From IMG/VR virus record IMGVR_UViG_3300033067_000662, positions 1 through 31,802 of that record: DNA of 31,802 bases. One strand, given 5' to 3'. Made by a program: the position numbers and the translations under genes. The DNA is from a virus. Taxonomy: Duplodnaviria > Caudoviricetes. The notes beneath the pieces are model-generated. The model made no database searches. It was not told where the DNA came from and saw only the letters and a program-made list of their open reading frames with translations. Shown here in pieces: positions 9,819 through 17,330 of this stretch. Every line of letters begins with the position of its first letter. Position 1 is the first letter of the stretch.

Positions 9819-9856
9819 AAAAAGAAATCGCCCCGTGAATTTACTTCACGGGGCGA
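9819..9856 (-). terminator. Intrinsic terminator after the major tail gene
   Basis: 12-bp perfect stem TCGCCCCGTGAA/TTCACGGGGCGA (9828-9856) followed on the minus strand by TTTCTTTTT. Confidence 0.88.
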
Positions 9857-9882
9857 GGTTCAGCAAGGTTATTCTTGGTGCC

Positions 9883-10647
9883 TTACTTCGGCGTGAACAG
9901 CTTCGCCTGGACGCCGCCGAACTCCGCGTAGTTCGCGTCTTCCGAAGTCAGGTCGTAGCAAGTGAACTCCATCGGCAAGTTGCCGAAGTTGTCCGTGGTG
10001 AAGCCCAGCGTGAAGCCAGCGGTGACGCGGATCTTCGGGATCAGCAGGCCGACTTCGGTGCCATCAGCCAGCGAACCAACGATCTTGGCCGACAGGTAGG
10101 GCATATCTTCCTTGGAGCCGACGTCGATCACGTTGACCTTCTGAACCGTAGCACCCGATGCCAGGGCCACCGGCAGGGCGGCGTTCAGCGTCAAGGTGTT
10201 GGTCGAGACAGCATTGATCTTGCGATAGAAGATCTTGTCGTCAGTGCCTTCCTGGATCGAGATCCAGGTGCCCTGGGTCAGACCGGTCGGCGAGGTGACG
10301 GTGATCGAGGTCGCGGCAGCAGCGGTCGCAGCCGAGGTCGTGGTCGACGCCGAGATCGCGGTCAGCGAGGAACCGTTCAGGCCGAGTGCGTAAGCGATGT
10401 TTTTCGAAGTGTATTCATACACTTCCATCTGCGCGCGGACGCGGTTGCCGGTCATCACCGAGTAAACGATGGTGTTCTTCACGCCCTGGGTCAGGTCCGT
10501 GTACTGGGGTTCGTTCGAGACCGTGAAGTTCTTCACGAGACCGATTGCGTGGGTCGAAGGGGCCAGCGTGAACAGGTCGGCCTGCGGGCCAATCATCACG
10601 GTTGCCGAACCCAGCATGAACGAGTTGGTTTTTGCCTCGCCAGCCAT
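9883..10647 (-). CDS. Major tail (tube) protein with an inserted beta-rich domain
   Basis: Sits upstream of the chaperone and tape measure. FMLGSATV...IGLVKNFTV start and FTLGFTTDNFGNLPMEF end. GGAG RBS before ATG 10647. Confidence 0.85.
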   Translation of the reverse strand: MAGEAKTNSFMLGSATVMIGPQADLFTLAPSTHAIGLVKNFTVSNEPQYTDLTQGVKNTIVYSVMTGNRVRAQMEVYEYTSKNIAYALGLNGSSLTAISASTTTSAATAAAATSITVTSPTGLTQGTWISIQEGTDDKIFYRKINAVSTNTLTLNAALPVALASGATVQKVNVIDVGSKEDMPYLSAKIVGSLADGTEVGLLIPKIRVTAGFTLGFTTDNFGNLPMEFTCYDLTSEDANYAEFGGVQAKLFTPK

Positions 10648-10689
10648 ATTCAAAAGCTCCTTTCAGGGTTTGCTTTCCTGTGTGCGGTG

Positions 10690-10718
10690 ACTATAACCAC
10701 AAACCTACTGTGCGCCAA
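10690..10718 (-). promoter_or_regulatory. Putative sigma70-type promoter for the major tail gene
   Basis: Minus strand TTGGCG-N17-TATAGT, about 40 nt upstream of the start codon. Confidence 0.6.
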
Positions 10719-10728
10719 AGGTTTTCTT

Positions 10729-10737
10729 TGGTATAAG
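10729..10737 (+). promoter_or_regulatory. Putative extended -10 promoter for the Arc-like gene
   Basis: TGGTATAAG (TGn-TATAAG) about 30 nt before the ATG, followed by an AAGGAG RBS. Confidence 0.5.
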
Positions 10738-10767
10738 GAAGCACCAGTTTAACCCAAGGAGCTTCTC

Positions 10768-10950
10768 ATGAAGAAGATGAAAGCCTTCACGATCCGTATC
10801 CCTGTGGATCTACATGATCAGATCGAGGCACGGGCCGCAATCAGCCGCCGCACCAAGAATGCAGAGATCATCCACATCTTGGAGACGGCGATCGACGAGC
10901 ATGTTGCTCAGGATATTTCTATCGCAAGGTCTGGTCAGAGATCAGGCTGA
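10768..10950 (+). CDS. Arc/Mnt-family ribbon-helix-helix DNA-binding protein
   Basis: KAFTIRIPVDLHDQIEARAAISRRTKNAEIIHILE matches the Arc pattern (FxxRxP..L...I...A....RS.N.EI...L). Strong RBS. Confidence 0.9.
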   Translation: MKKMKAFTIRIPVDLHDQIEARAAISRRTKNAEIIHILETAIDEHVAQDISIARSGQRSG

Positions 10951-11359
10951 TCATGATCGGCTGCACAGTCCTGGTGGTCGACGGAAAGGGTGCAGCAACG
11001 CGCGTCCCATTCGTGATCGCCAGGAAGCCTCTCGTCTGACCGCTCGACGCATTCAACAGCTTAATCCGCATGCCGGGGACCAGTTTGTTGACGAGCATGT
11101 TGGTCAGGTCTGCCAGTCGGAAGTTATTGGTGTCTTCCACAGTCGACAGCCCAAGAGCGACGTCGATCTCGATGTTGCCGTCGTTCAGGGTGAAGGTGAA
11201 CTCACCAATCCCAATCACATCCTTCTTCGACCAGGTCTGCGGTTCACCCGCCGTGTCGAAGTCGATCACATCCATCTCGATCCCGCGCCCAACCATTTCG
11301 TCCGCGAAGTCGCGGCAGAAACGGATCAAGGACGCACGGGAATCCCGGTATTCGTTCAT
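10919..11359 (-). CDS. Putative tail terminator / tail completion protein
   Basis: 146 aa immediately upstream of the major tail gene, ATGA-coupled. Function inferred from synteny only. Confidence 0.6.
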   Translation of the reverse strand: MNEYRDSRASLIRFCRDFADEMVGRGIEMDVIDFDTAGEPQTWSKKDVIGIGEFTFTLNDGNIEIDVALGLSTVEDTNNFRLADLTNMLVNKLVPGMRIKLLNASSGQTRGFLAITNGTRVAAPFPSTTRTVQPIMISLISDQTLR

Positions 11360-12174
11360 TGTAGAGCCTCTCTGATACGGGTAAAGCCGGTGTTCTGCAG
11401 CCACCATTTCATGAACGGCGCGAGAAGCGGTCGAGCCGGAACATTGCCGCCAAGGGCAGTACCGAACTCGTTACCGGCCAGTCTCTGAATCCAGTTACCG
11501 CGACCGGCTCCCTCACCACCTTCCTCGTCGTCGTCGCCACCACCACCGCTCATCGGACCAAGGTCGCGCGACCGCCGACGCATCGCGTCGAAGATCTCAG
11601 GCGCTGTGAGGTTGAGGACACGGGGGAAGAGCTCGACAGTGACGCGGGCACTCGGTGTCACGAAGCGACCGCCGATCTTCTTGATCGTGCCGTCATCCAT
11701 CCGCCGCGTAGAACCGGCGGCGAATTGGAATCGACCAGGGAGGCTCTCAACCGGCACGATCTTGCCCTCAACGCCAGTCATGTCGCTGGCCGCTTTTACC
11801 TTGATCTTCGGTGAACCAAACAAGACGTTTGCGTTCTTCTTTGAGATTTCATCACGAAGATGAGGGCCGAGACCAAGGTTCGGGCTGATACCGTAGTAGA
11901 TCTTGCGGAAGGCATAACGGTTGCGGTTGCGCTTCCGCTTGTCCCAGTTTGGACTCAGGTCAGCCCATCCGAAGGCACCGGGGGCAGGAACGCGCATGTA
12001 GTCTTTGGCCAGGGTGCGAAAGAACTCTCGGCCCATCTTGCGGGCAGCAAGTCGGACGTTCTGAACCTTCTGCTCCGTGATCCGATCCAAAGCATCAAAG
12101 GTCGCATTGTAAAAGATGCGTTCCGACTTCTCGATGATCGCATCGAACGCTGCACCAGGTTTGGTTTTTGCCAT
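11356..12174 (-). CDS. Putative neck / tail completion protein (basic)
   Basis: WADLSPNWDKRK and C-terminal PARPLLAP motifs typical of morphogenesis proteins. Synteny agrees. Confidence 0.6.
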   Translation of the reverse strand: MAKTKPGAAFDAIIEKSERIFYNATFDALDRITEQKVQNVRLAARKMGREFFRTLAKDYMRVPAPGAFGWADLSPNWDKRKRNRNRYAFRKIYYGISPNLGLGPHLRDEISKKNANVLFGSPKIKVKAASDMTGVEGKIVPVESLPGRFQFAAGSTRRMDDGTIKKIGGRFVTPSARVTVELFPRVLNLTAPEIFDAMRRRSRDLGPMSGGGGDDDEEGGEGAGRGNWIQRLAGNEFGTALGGNVPARPLLAPFMKWWLQNTGFTRIREALQ

Positions 12175-12683
12175 CAGCTGACCTCAAGCAGATAGAGGCC
12201 GAGGGCTTCCTTCCGGTTCTGCACGATCCATGCACCGAGGCGATCGCCGACCTTCACATCGGAGCCCGTCAGGATGTTGTAGCGGTCGGTCTCGATGCCG
12301 ATGTTCTGGACGATGCCACCATATTCCACCACGACTGACAGGGATGGATCGAGGATCTGCATGCTGCTGTCGCGGGCCAGACCAGTTACCGGATCGACCT
12401 GATCAACCTTGCGGGACCAGCTGATCCGGTGGGTGATTTCGAAGCACTTGAACTGGAGCGTCTCCGAGTATGTTGCCTGCAAAGCTAGGAGGTAGCTGCC
12501 CAGGTCGCTCGAGACAACATCGCCTGTGTCAACCATAGCCAGTTTTGAAACAGTGATGGTTCTCCGCGGCCGGAAGTCTGTGGTCGAAGCCGACTGGCTG
12601 GGAAGTCCAAGTTCACCGAAGAACTTGTTTCCCCTTTGGGTCCGAAACAGAGTTTGAAATTGGCCGCGGAGTTGTCGCATCAT
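12174..12683 (-). CDS. Putative head closure (stopper) protein
   Basis: Beta-rich with DPVTG and DVKVGDRL. Follows the adaptor with TGATG coupling. Confidence 0.6.
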   Translation of the reverse strand: MMRQLRGQFQTLFRTQRGNKFFGELGLPSQSASTTDFRPRRTITVSKLAMVDTGDVVSSDLGSYLLALQATYSETLQFKCFEITHRISWSRKVDQVDPVTGLARDSSMQILDPSLSVVVEYGGIVQNIGIETDRYNILTGSDVKVGDRLGAWIVQNRKEALGLYLLEVS

Positions 12684-13384
12684 CAGGCTCCAGTGACAGG
12701 ATCGGTCGGGGTTGCCACGGAGAATACTTCGACCGTCGTCTCTTCAACAGAGATAACTGCAGTCAAAGCCTGTTGAAGTTTACGACGAAGCTCGAGCTCC
12801 ATCGCGGCGAAGTCCAACCCAGCGATCCGCGCGAACTGCGAGTCTTCACTGCGGGCTGAGACCGGGACGCGCAGCGGGAAGGAGGACGCAACGTCGATTG
12901 CAGCCTGCAGCGCAATGGCCTCATTCGCCTGCCGGTTCTTGAAGGTCGTGGCCGTCAGGTGGCTGGAGAAGTCCGTTCCGAAGCTGTCGAACAGCTGAAA
13001 GTAGGCCGACATGATGTCGATCTCTGCATCCGGCAGTTCGTTCTCGGTCAGGCCGGTCAAGCGCCGAACATCAGCTGCGGTCGCAGCGATCGGAGAGAAC
13101 GAGGTGATCTTGTAGGGTTGGACCAGCGTGTAGCTGCGGCCGTTGTAGATGAACGTCACCAGCACATAGCGGTTCTCATAGAGCGCACCGTTTGCCAGAG
13201 CGTTGTTCACAGCGGCGATCTGGATCGACACGGAAGTGGTCAGGCCGGTGAGGTTGACCGCGCTACCGACCGCAACGCCAGAGTGGTTGCGGAGCGTGTA
13301 GCTGGCCGACGTCGGGACGACGAACTCGCCATCCACCTTGAAGTCGAAGTTGATGGTGACGTTCTCACCAGCGAAGAACCACAT
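12683..13384 (-). CDS. Head-tail adaptor with an N-terminal Ig/BppU-like domain
   Basis: The C-terminal part begins ATAADVRRLTGLTENELPDAEID (gp6/gp15-like helical adaptor start). The first ~95 aa have an all-beta pattern. Confidence 0.68.
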   Translation of the reverse strand: MWFFAGENVTINFDFKVDGEFVVPTSASYTLRNHSGVAVGSAVNLTGLTTSVSIQIAAVNNALANGALYENRYVLVTFIYNGRSYTLVQPYKITSFSPIAATAADVRRLTGLTENELPDAEIDIMSAYFQLFDSFGTDFSSHLTATTFKNRQANEAIALQAAIDVASSFPLRVPVSARSEDSQFARIAGLDFAAMELELRRKLQQALTAVISVEETTVEVFSVATPTDPVTGA

Positions 13385-13387
13385 GGC

Positions 13388-13735
13388 TTACCCTTTCCTA
13401 CGGGTGGGTTTGGACGGAGCGATCTCGTCGACCTTCACCTCGACAGTGACAGCAGGCTTCTTGGTGCCGGGGGCGTCCTGAAGACCGTAGGTCGACACAA
13501 AGGATGTGATCGCCAGATCGAGGTTGCCGTCCGAGGACTTGAGAAAATCGAGCCACTCCTCGTTGGTTGCTTCTTCGGTGAAGCCGCGATGGAGGACGCG
13601 CACCTGGCCGAGGCCAGTGCGGGCTTCGAGGAAGGCAGTCCAGACGGTCAGGGTGGGAACAACATCGTCGATGGCATCGCCCGTGTTCGGGTCAAGCAGC
13701 ATGATGTTGGAGGTCGTTTCGACCAAAACTTTCAT
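13388..13735 (-). CDS. Hypothetical virion-associated protein (115 aa)
   Basis: AAGGAG RBS, located directly after the capsid gene. Confidence 0.75.
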   Translation of the reverse strand: MKVLVETTSNIMLLDPNTGDAIDDVVPTLTVWTAFLEARTGLGQVRVLHRGFTEEATNEEWLDFLKSSDGNLDLAITSFVSTYGLQDAPGTKKPAVTVEVKVDEIAPSKPTRRKG

Positions 13736-13754
13736 GGGGTTAGCTCCTTATGGG

Positions 13755-13784
13755 AAAGGCCCACCCACGGTGGGTGGGTGGGCC
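13755..13784 (-). terminator. Hairpin / probable leaky terminator after the major capsid gene
   Basis: 11-bp stem GGCCCACCCAC/GTGGGTGGGCC (13758-13784) with only a short TTT tail. Confidence 0.65.
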
Positions 13785-13810
13785 CTCGGTTTGACCGATC
13801 TGATCTAGGA

Positions 13811-14992
13811 TCAGGCGTTGGTCGTCAGCACCGTACGGGTGTCGCCGAAGGCCAGCTTGTAGCCGGTGACTTCGGTGCGAACGTAGGTGATCGACTGGTT
13901 CAGGATCGAACGCTCGTTCTCGGAGATCGAGGAACCAGCTTCGATCAGCTCTTCCAGCGTCTCAGCCTTGGTGAAGGCGATCAGCTTGTTGGCCGGAACA
14001 GCCGAGGACACCGCGAACTGCACAGCGCCGCCCATGATCGGAAGCTGCAGCATCGGGCCACCGGCCGCGGTCAGAGCTTCCATTTCAGTGCGGTTCAGGC
14101 CAGCCGAGTTCGACGGAGCGAACATGAACATCAGTTCGACATAGGTGTCGAAGTTGCCCACGAGCATGTCGACCGGGGTGCCGTTCTTCGCACGTTCCAT
14201 CAGGAACTTGGCCAGCGACTTGTAGTTGTGCTGCAGCGACTTGCCAGAGGTGAAGTCACCACCGTAGGTCGACAGAGCAGCGGTCGCAGCAGCGCCGTTG
14301 ACGCCGTCACCGTTGATCAGCACAGCCACAGCGGCCTTCGCCTTCGAGATCTCGAGCTCACGCGCCACACGGGCAGCGTAGGGCGTCAGGATGTCGAGCG
14401 AGGCGCGACGGTTGAACTCGTACGAGGTGCGGTAGGCCGAGCCATGCTTGTACATCGAGACCGTGGTCTGCGAGGTACGGATGGTCCGCACGGGAATACG
14501 AGCCAGTTCCGGCACCGAGAAGGTGTCGCGTTCGCTGGAGTCATCCTCGACCAGGGTCGAGATCAGTTCGGTGCCAGCGATGGTGCGCGACTGCGCCAGC
14601 ATCGGGGCCACGGACTCGATCTGGTCCTGACGGTTCTTGAACTTCAGCATGTCGTCGATGACTTCCGGGAACATGGCACGGGTGCCAGGGAACTTCTGGA
14701 AGGTTTCCGACGCAGCCTGCAGCACGACACCGGCTTCGAAGTCGTTGCGGAAGGGCAGATTCAGGTGGGCCAGGGTCGCTTCGTAGCCCGAGAGCTCGGC
14801 GAAGCGGTTGGCATTTTCACCCGAGCGGGTGTCGATCGCCAGGGTCAGGTAGTCACGCAGACCGAGGCCAGCCTCGGCAGCGTCACGCACCAGGCGCTGG
14901 CCAGCTTCAACGGACTCGCCGCGCGAAGCGGTGAGACCCTTCAGCACGTCCTCGACGGGACGGCGCTGGATGTCGATGAGATCACGCGTCAT
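13811..14992 (-). CDS. Major capsid protein (HK97 fold expected)
   Basis: 393 aa after protease and decoration genes. FPEVID, VPELARIP, KHGSAYRTSYE..RRASLD and LINGDG motifs, AAGGA RBS, downstream hairpin. Confidence 0.9.
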   Translation of the reverse strand: MTRDLIDIQRRPVEDVLKGLTASRGESVEAGQRLVRDAAEAGLGLRDYLTLAIDTRSGENANRFAELSGYEATLAHLNLPFRNDFEAGVVLQAASETFQKFPGTRAMFPEVIDDMLKFKNRQDQIESVAPMLAQSRTIAGTELISTLVEDDSSERDTFSVPELARIPVRTIRTSQTTVSMYKHGSAYRTSYEFNRRASLDILTPYAARVARELEISKAKAAVAVLINGDGVNGAAATAALSTYGGDFTSGKSLQHNYKSLAKFLMERAKNGTPVDMLVGNFDTYVELMFMFAPSNSAGLNRTEMEALTAAGGPMLQLPIMGGAVQFAVSSAVPANKLIAFTKAETLEELIEAGSSISENERSILNQSITYVRTEVTGYKLAFGDTRTVLTTNA

Positions 14993-15003
14993 TTTGGCGT
15001 TCC

Positions 15004-15399
15004 TTACTTCATCACGACGACGACGTAGTCGGAACCCGACTCGACGACCATATTCAGGCTGTAGTCAGCGGAGGTGGTCTTCTTCACGGAACCGCTGGTA
15101 GCAGCGCCCTGAACAGAGTCACCGACAGCGATCGTGCCGCTCTTGGTGAACTTGAAGCCGCCCTTGAGCGCCACAGCACCCATCTTGTAGCCTTCGATCG
15201 CACGATCTTCGTACGTCGCCAGCTTGCCCACGATCACATCACCATCACCAGCGACCTTCACGGTATTGGCTGCGGTCGTATCAAGAGCGACCGGCTTGCC
15301 AACATCATTCGCCGTGACGGCGCTTGCGAGGTTGAAGGGATAGTGGAACTCTTCGTGCTCGATCCCGCGGAGCGAGACGCCAACACCAATAGTTGCCAT
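15004..15399 (-). CDS. Head decoration / cement protein
   Basis: 131-aa beta-rich protein (DVGKPVAL...VKVAGDGDVIVGKL) between protease and capsid genes. Confidence 0.78.
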   Translation of the reverse strand: MATIGVGVSLRGIEHEEFHYPFNLASAVTANDVGKPVALDTTAANTVKVAGDGDVIVGKLATYEDRAIEGYKMGAVALKGGFKFTKSGTIAVGDSVQGAATSGSVKKTTSADYSLNMVVESGSDYVVVVMK

Positions 15400-15411
15400 C
15401 TTTCAGTCCTT

Positions 15412-16920
15412 TCAACGCTTAGGGGTTTTGAACGCCGAGAGACCGGGACGTACCGCGGTGATCTTGGCATCTTCGACAGCAGAAGCAGCCACGCCGCCGA
15501 CCGGGATACCCGAAACGTCGATCGTCACTTCTTCCTTGTTCGGAGCCGCCGATGCTTCAAGCTCCGCGATGCGGGCTTTGGCAGCGTCGAGTTCCGCTTT
15601 CAGAGCAAAGGCCTCATCAGCCTGCTCGGAATTTTCCACGACGGGCTGTTCAACAACCTCGTCTTCAGCTTCGGCCACTTCGGCCTCAGCTTCGTCTTCG
15701 TCTTCGTCTTCCTCATCGGCGATGAGCAGCGACTTGATCTCGGCCAGTTCGGCCCGCAATGCGCTGATCTCGGCCTGAGGATCGAAGACCTGGGTGCCAT
15801 CGTTCGGCATCGGTGCTTCCTTCTCGTCAGATGCGGTGAAGAGAACGACCACTTCCGGCGGAAGACCGTCTGCGGCAATGCGGTCGTAGGTTTCACGGCC
15901 GAGCACTTGCTTGGTCCGACCGAGAATCTTGGGCTTGCTGGACGCGCCGCGCGAAACCAGCGAGAGCTCCATCCACTTGTCGAGACCGGCCAGCTTCACA
16001 TGAGCGCCGTCGTCGCCGACCGTGTGACCGTTGTCGCAAGTCATCGAGTAGAGGTGCTCGAACCCTGCGTCGGCAGAGAAGTAGTCAAAGCCACACTTCG
16101 AGCAAAGCAACTGCTTCGACTTGAGGCCAACCGACACTTCGTCGATGATGCCGAGGTTGATCTTCTCGACCAGTGAGGCCTCAGACGCCGGGATGTAGAA
16201 CATCGCGCGGAGTTCAGAGTCACCGTCAGCGCCAGAGATAACCTCTGCCTGGAACACTTTGCCGATCGGCAGTTCGCCGCCCTGCATGTGCAGGGTGTGC
16301 AGCGGGACTGACTCTTCGCCAGCGTTCAACGCAGCCGCCATCTGGCGCAGCGTGTCTTCAGTGATGCGGCCCTGATTGAAGATGGAACCCATCTTGTTCA
16401 GCGGACGGGTGTTGGCGACCGAAGCCTCAAAGACCACAATGTCCGAAGCCTCGACGGCGGTGCCCGTCACGCGTTCGATCTGCGCCAGCATTTCTTCGGT
16501 CACTTCGACCGTCTTGCTGAAACGCTTCTCGCGCTTGAAGTAATCCATCGACACGACCTGGTTCAACTCAGCTTCCGCCTTCTTTCCATCAGCACGGTTC
16601 ATCTGGGCGACCTTCTTACGCGCCCACGACTGACCAGCATCTCCACCCCACAAAGCCCACGCGATCCGGCCAGCACTCGGGAAGTTCGGGCCCTTGCTGA
16701 AGCCATCACCCTTCTTGTCGACTTCATGCCGAGAGAAGAACGAGTGCATGCGCTTCACCGTCGAGGGCGACAGCTTTTCCTTGCGTTGCAGCTGGGCGGC
16801 ACGAGCCACCCCGACAGCAGTGCCCCCACGCTTGAACTCCTTGCGCCAAGCAAGACCACGCTTAGCTTCCGCGGCCATCGCGTCAGTCGGCGTAAAGTCT
16901 ATGTTATCGTACTTGGCCAT
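15412..16920 (-). CDS. Prohead protease-scaffold fusion with an extra N-terminal basic domain
   Basis: LHTLH..GELPIGKVF, IDEVSVG, CSKCG..CDNGH and ELSLVSRGA motifs, plus an acidic coiled-coil C-terminus. Confidence 0.85.
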   Translation of the reverse strand: MAKYDNIDFTPTDAMAAEAKRGLAWRKEFKRGGTAVGVARAAQLQRKEKLSPSTVKRMHSFFSRHEVDKKGDGFSKGPNFPSAGRIAWALWGGDAGQSWARKKVAQMNRADGKKAEAELNQVVSMDYFKREKRFSKTVEVTEEMLAQIERVTGTAVEASDIVVFEASVANTRPLNKMGSIFNQGRITEDTLRQMAAALNAGEESVPLHTLHMQGGELPIGKVFQAEVISGADGDSELRAMFYIPASEASLVEKINLGIIDEVSVGLKSKQLLCSKCGFDYFSADAGFEHLYSMTCDNGHTVGDDGAHVKLAGLDKWMELSLVSRGASSKPKILGRTKQVLGRETYDRIAADGLPPEVVVLFTASDEKEAPMPNDGTQVFDPQAEISALRAELAEIKSLLIADEEDEDEDEAEAEVAEAEDEVVEQPVVENSEQADEAFALKAELDAAKARIAELEASAAPNKEEVTIDVSGIPVGGVAASAVEDAKITAVRPGLSAFKTPKR

Positions 16921-16985
16921 GATGTCCGTTGTGGTTCAGTTGTGGCGAGAATAACCGCTATGCTGGGAACAAGTCTAGGGAAACT

Positions 16986-17315
16986 TTACGGCGCGTTGCC
17001 AGCAGATCGAACTACATGGATCTCGATGTAGTTCGAGTTGGGGAAGCTCTCGATCCCACCGCCTGTATAGGTGACGGAGAACTCACCATAGTAGGCACCG
17101 GGGACCACGGTGTTTGCAGCAACCCAGGGGTAGGCCACCTTGCCTTGGAGAGCGTCGATGATCGTGGCTTGGCCCTTGATCACGAGCGTGTCGTTGTCCC
17201 GGCTGCGCATAGAGAAGCTCACAGTCGCACCAGTCAGGACGACCGGCTGGCTGTCCGAGTCGAGCAAGGTCGCTTCCAGCAAAGGGAGAGTATTATACTG
17301 CTTGATGGTGAACAT
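16986..17315 (-). CDS. BppU N-terminal-like (DUF2479-like) Ig-fold protein, candidate fibre anchor
   Basis: FTIKQ..TLP.L...L.D....V.LTGATV.F.M...G.V.Y.W...T...G.Y.GEF.VTY..G..ESFP pattern. Confidence 0.75.
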   Translation of the reverse strand: MFTIKQYNTLPLLEATLLDSDSQPVVLTGATVSFSMRSRDNDTLVIKGQATIIDALQGKVAYPWVAANTVVPGAYYGEFSVTYTGGGIESFPNSNYIEIHVVRSAGNAP

Positions 17316-17330
17316 ATGGTCCTGCCGATT

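Noticed and set aside
12959-15028. 689-aa plus-strand ORF
   Set aside because: Shadow of the capsid and adaptor genes in GC-rich DNA.
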